The notes below the pieces were generated by a model. It was given only the letters and a program-made list of their open reading frames with translations. It had not been told where the DNA came from and did not search any database. The translations under genes and the position numbers were made by a program. Shown piece after piece: positions 63,326-64,000 of a stretch of 64,000 nt of DNA (positions are counted from its first letter, which is position 1; every line of letters starts with the position of its first letter). Source of the DNA: Pseudomonadota bacterium. GTDB taxonomy: Bacteria; Pseudomonadota; Alphaproteobacteria; Rhizobiales; JANQQB01. The DNA lies in assembly GCA_038745065.1 (NCBI GenBank), contig JBCDLT010000004.1, positions 69,507 to 133,506 of the forward strand, in the 5' to 3' direction.

Positions 63326-64000
63326 CTATTGATCTCCGCCGACCGGACTCGTATCCCCCCGAGATTGAAGCAGGTTGGTGAGCCAGTCCGGATCCATCTC
63401 CGGAACCGACGACAGCAGCAGTTCCGTGTAGGCCGGATGCGGCGGCTGGAGGATATCGTCCTTGACTCCCTGCTCGACCACCCTGCCCTGGTGCATGACC
63501 ACGATCTCGTCTGAGATCGCCTTCACCGTCGCAATATCGTGCGTGATGAAGATGTAGGTGATGTCGAACTCCTTTTGCAGGCGTAACAGGAGCTTCAGAA
63601 TGCCCTCCTGCACAATCTGATCGAGGGCGGACGTGACCTCGTCGCAGATGATCAGTTCCGGATCGGCGGCCAGGGCCCTCGCAATGCAGATCCGCTGTTT
63701 CTGACCGCCCGACAGTTCGCCCGGCAGGCGATCTATGAAGCTCTCGTCGAGTTCGATCATTTTCAGGAGTTCGACGACCCGGTCGTCGCAGGCCCGGCCC
63801 CTGAGGCCGAGGTAGTATTCCAGCGGGCGACCGATGATGTCACGCACCGTGTGGCGCGGGTTCATGGCCGTATCCGCCGACTGATAGATCATCTGGATGC
63901 GCCGGAGCTGATCCGTCGAGCGGCCCTTCAGGGCCTTCGGCAATGCCTCGCCGTTGAACAGAACCTGGCCGGAAACGGCCGGCAGGAGACCGGTGATGAC
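63326..64000 (-). CDS. Peptide/nickel-type (Opp/Dpp-like) ABC transporter ATP-binding protein, 3' part; gene continues beyond the window
   Basis: IYQSADTAMNPRHTV, LSGGQKQRICIARAL, ICDEVTSALD, ITHD and the C-terminal PPHPAYTELLLSSVP. Walker A is not in the window. Confidence 0.85.
   Translation of the reverse strand, partial: VITGLLPAVSGQVLFNGEALPKALKGRSTDQLRRIQMIYQSADTAMNPRHTVRDIIGRPLEYYLGLRGRACDDRVVELLKMIELDESFIDRLPGELSGGQKQRICIARALAADPELIICDEVTSALDQIVQEGILKLLLRLQKEFDITYIFITHDIATVKAISDEIVVMHQGRVVEQGVKDDILQPPHPAYTELLLSSVPEMDPDWLTNLLQSRGDTSPVGGDQ

Noticed and set aside
63084-63332. 82-aa plus-strand ORF in the AT-rich spacer
   Set aside because: GAGGA abuts the ATG with essentially no spacing. 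The product is Cys/Thr/Arg-rich and non-descript, and it runs into the stop region of the convergent ABC ATPase gene. Coding potential cannot be excluded without conservation data.
1-64000. Search by eye for tRNA/rRNA genes, CRISPR arrays, IS elements, integrases, toxin-antitoxin pairs, restriction-modification or other recognisable defence systems
   Set aside because: None were found. There is no T-loop-like GGTTCGAATCC outside coding frames, no short regularly spaced repeats, and no transposase, integrase, nuclease or methyltransferase-like translations. An eye scan cannot exclude small or degenerate elements, so tRNAscan, Infernal, ISfinder and DefenseFinder would be the decisive checks.

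Overview
GC-rich bacterial chromosomal segment. The G+C level is judged by eye, from a strong G/C third-position bias and many long antisense shadow ORFs. Gene content looks alphaproteobacterial, probably from a marine Rhizobiales/Rhodobacterales-like organism; that is inference from gene families, not a search result. The window is densely coded with about 60 genes. I recognised no rRNA, tRNA, CRISPR array, transposase, integrase or phage gene. Main blocks, in order: (1) a receiver-domain regulator and an orphan phnX; (2) a xylose ABC transporter (xylF/xylH plus a single-NBD ATPase) divergent from an SDR dehydrogenase and an aldose epimerase, followed by a leaderless PhoD-like phosphatase; (3) a small mixed cluster (short LysR, ATC-hydrolase-like, PNPOx-like, TauD-like); (4) a leaderless S8 subtilase behind an AT-rich repeat-bearing leader; (5) Lrp-hppD; (6) a long minus-strand purine/urate catabolic operon (uraH-xdhABC-BMP-type ABC transporter-puuD) with uraD nearby; (7) qor plus a Cys/Met-rich DUF1326/DUF2182 pair; (8) housekeeping and transport genes (UbiH-like, CoA-transferase, AEC, acyltransferase, malyl-CoA-lyase-like, hspQ, VOC, BCCT, GNAT, gltS, DMT); (9) a tightly coupled ABC transporter operon (SBP, 2 permeases, small membrane protein, 2 ATPases) ending in a fused dihydroxyacetone kinase, with a LacI regulator and three copies of a candidate operator; (10) a DMSP lyase dddL divergent from a three-gene dehydrogenase/VOC operon; (11) a compositionally atypical end segment holding an orphan DMP19-motif protein, a roughly 590-aa vanadium-haloperoxidase-family gene and a 630-bp AT-rich non-coding stretch. 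The candidates most worth follow-up are the haloperoxidase islet, the DUF2182/DUF1326 module, the dddL neighbourhood and the DHA-kinase-linked transporter with its operator motif. No canonical defence or mobile system is visible. All functional calls rest on motif and family recognition by eye and need database confirmation.
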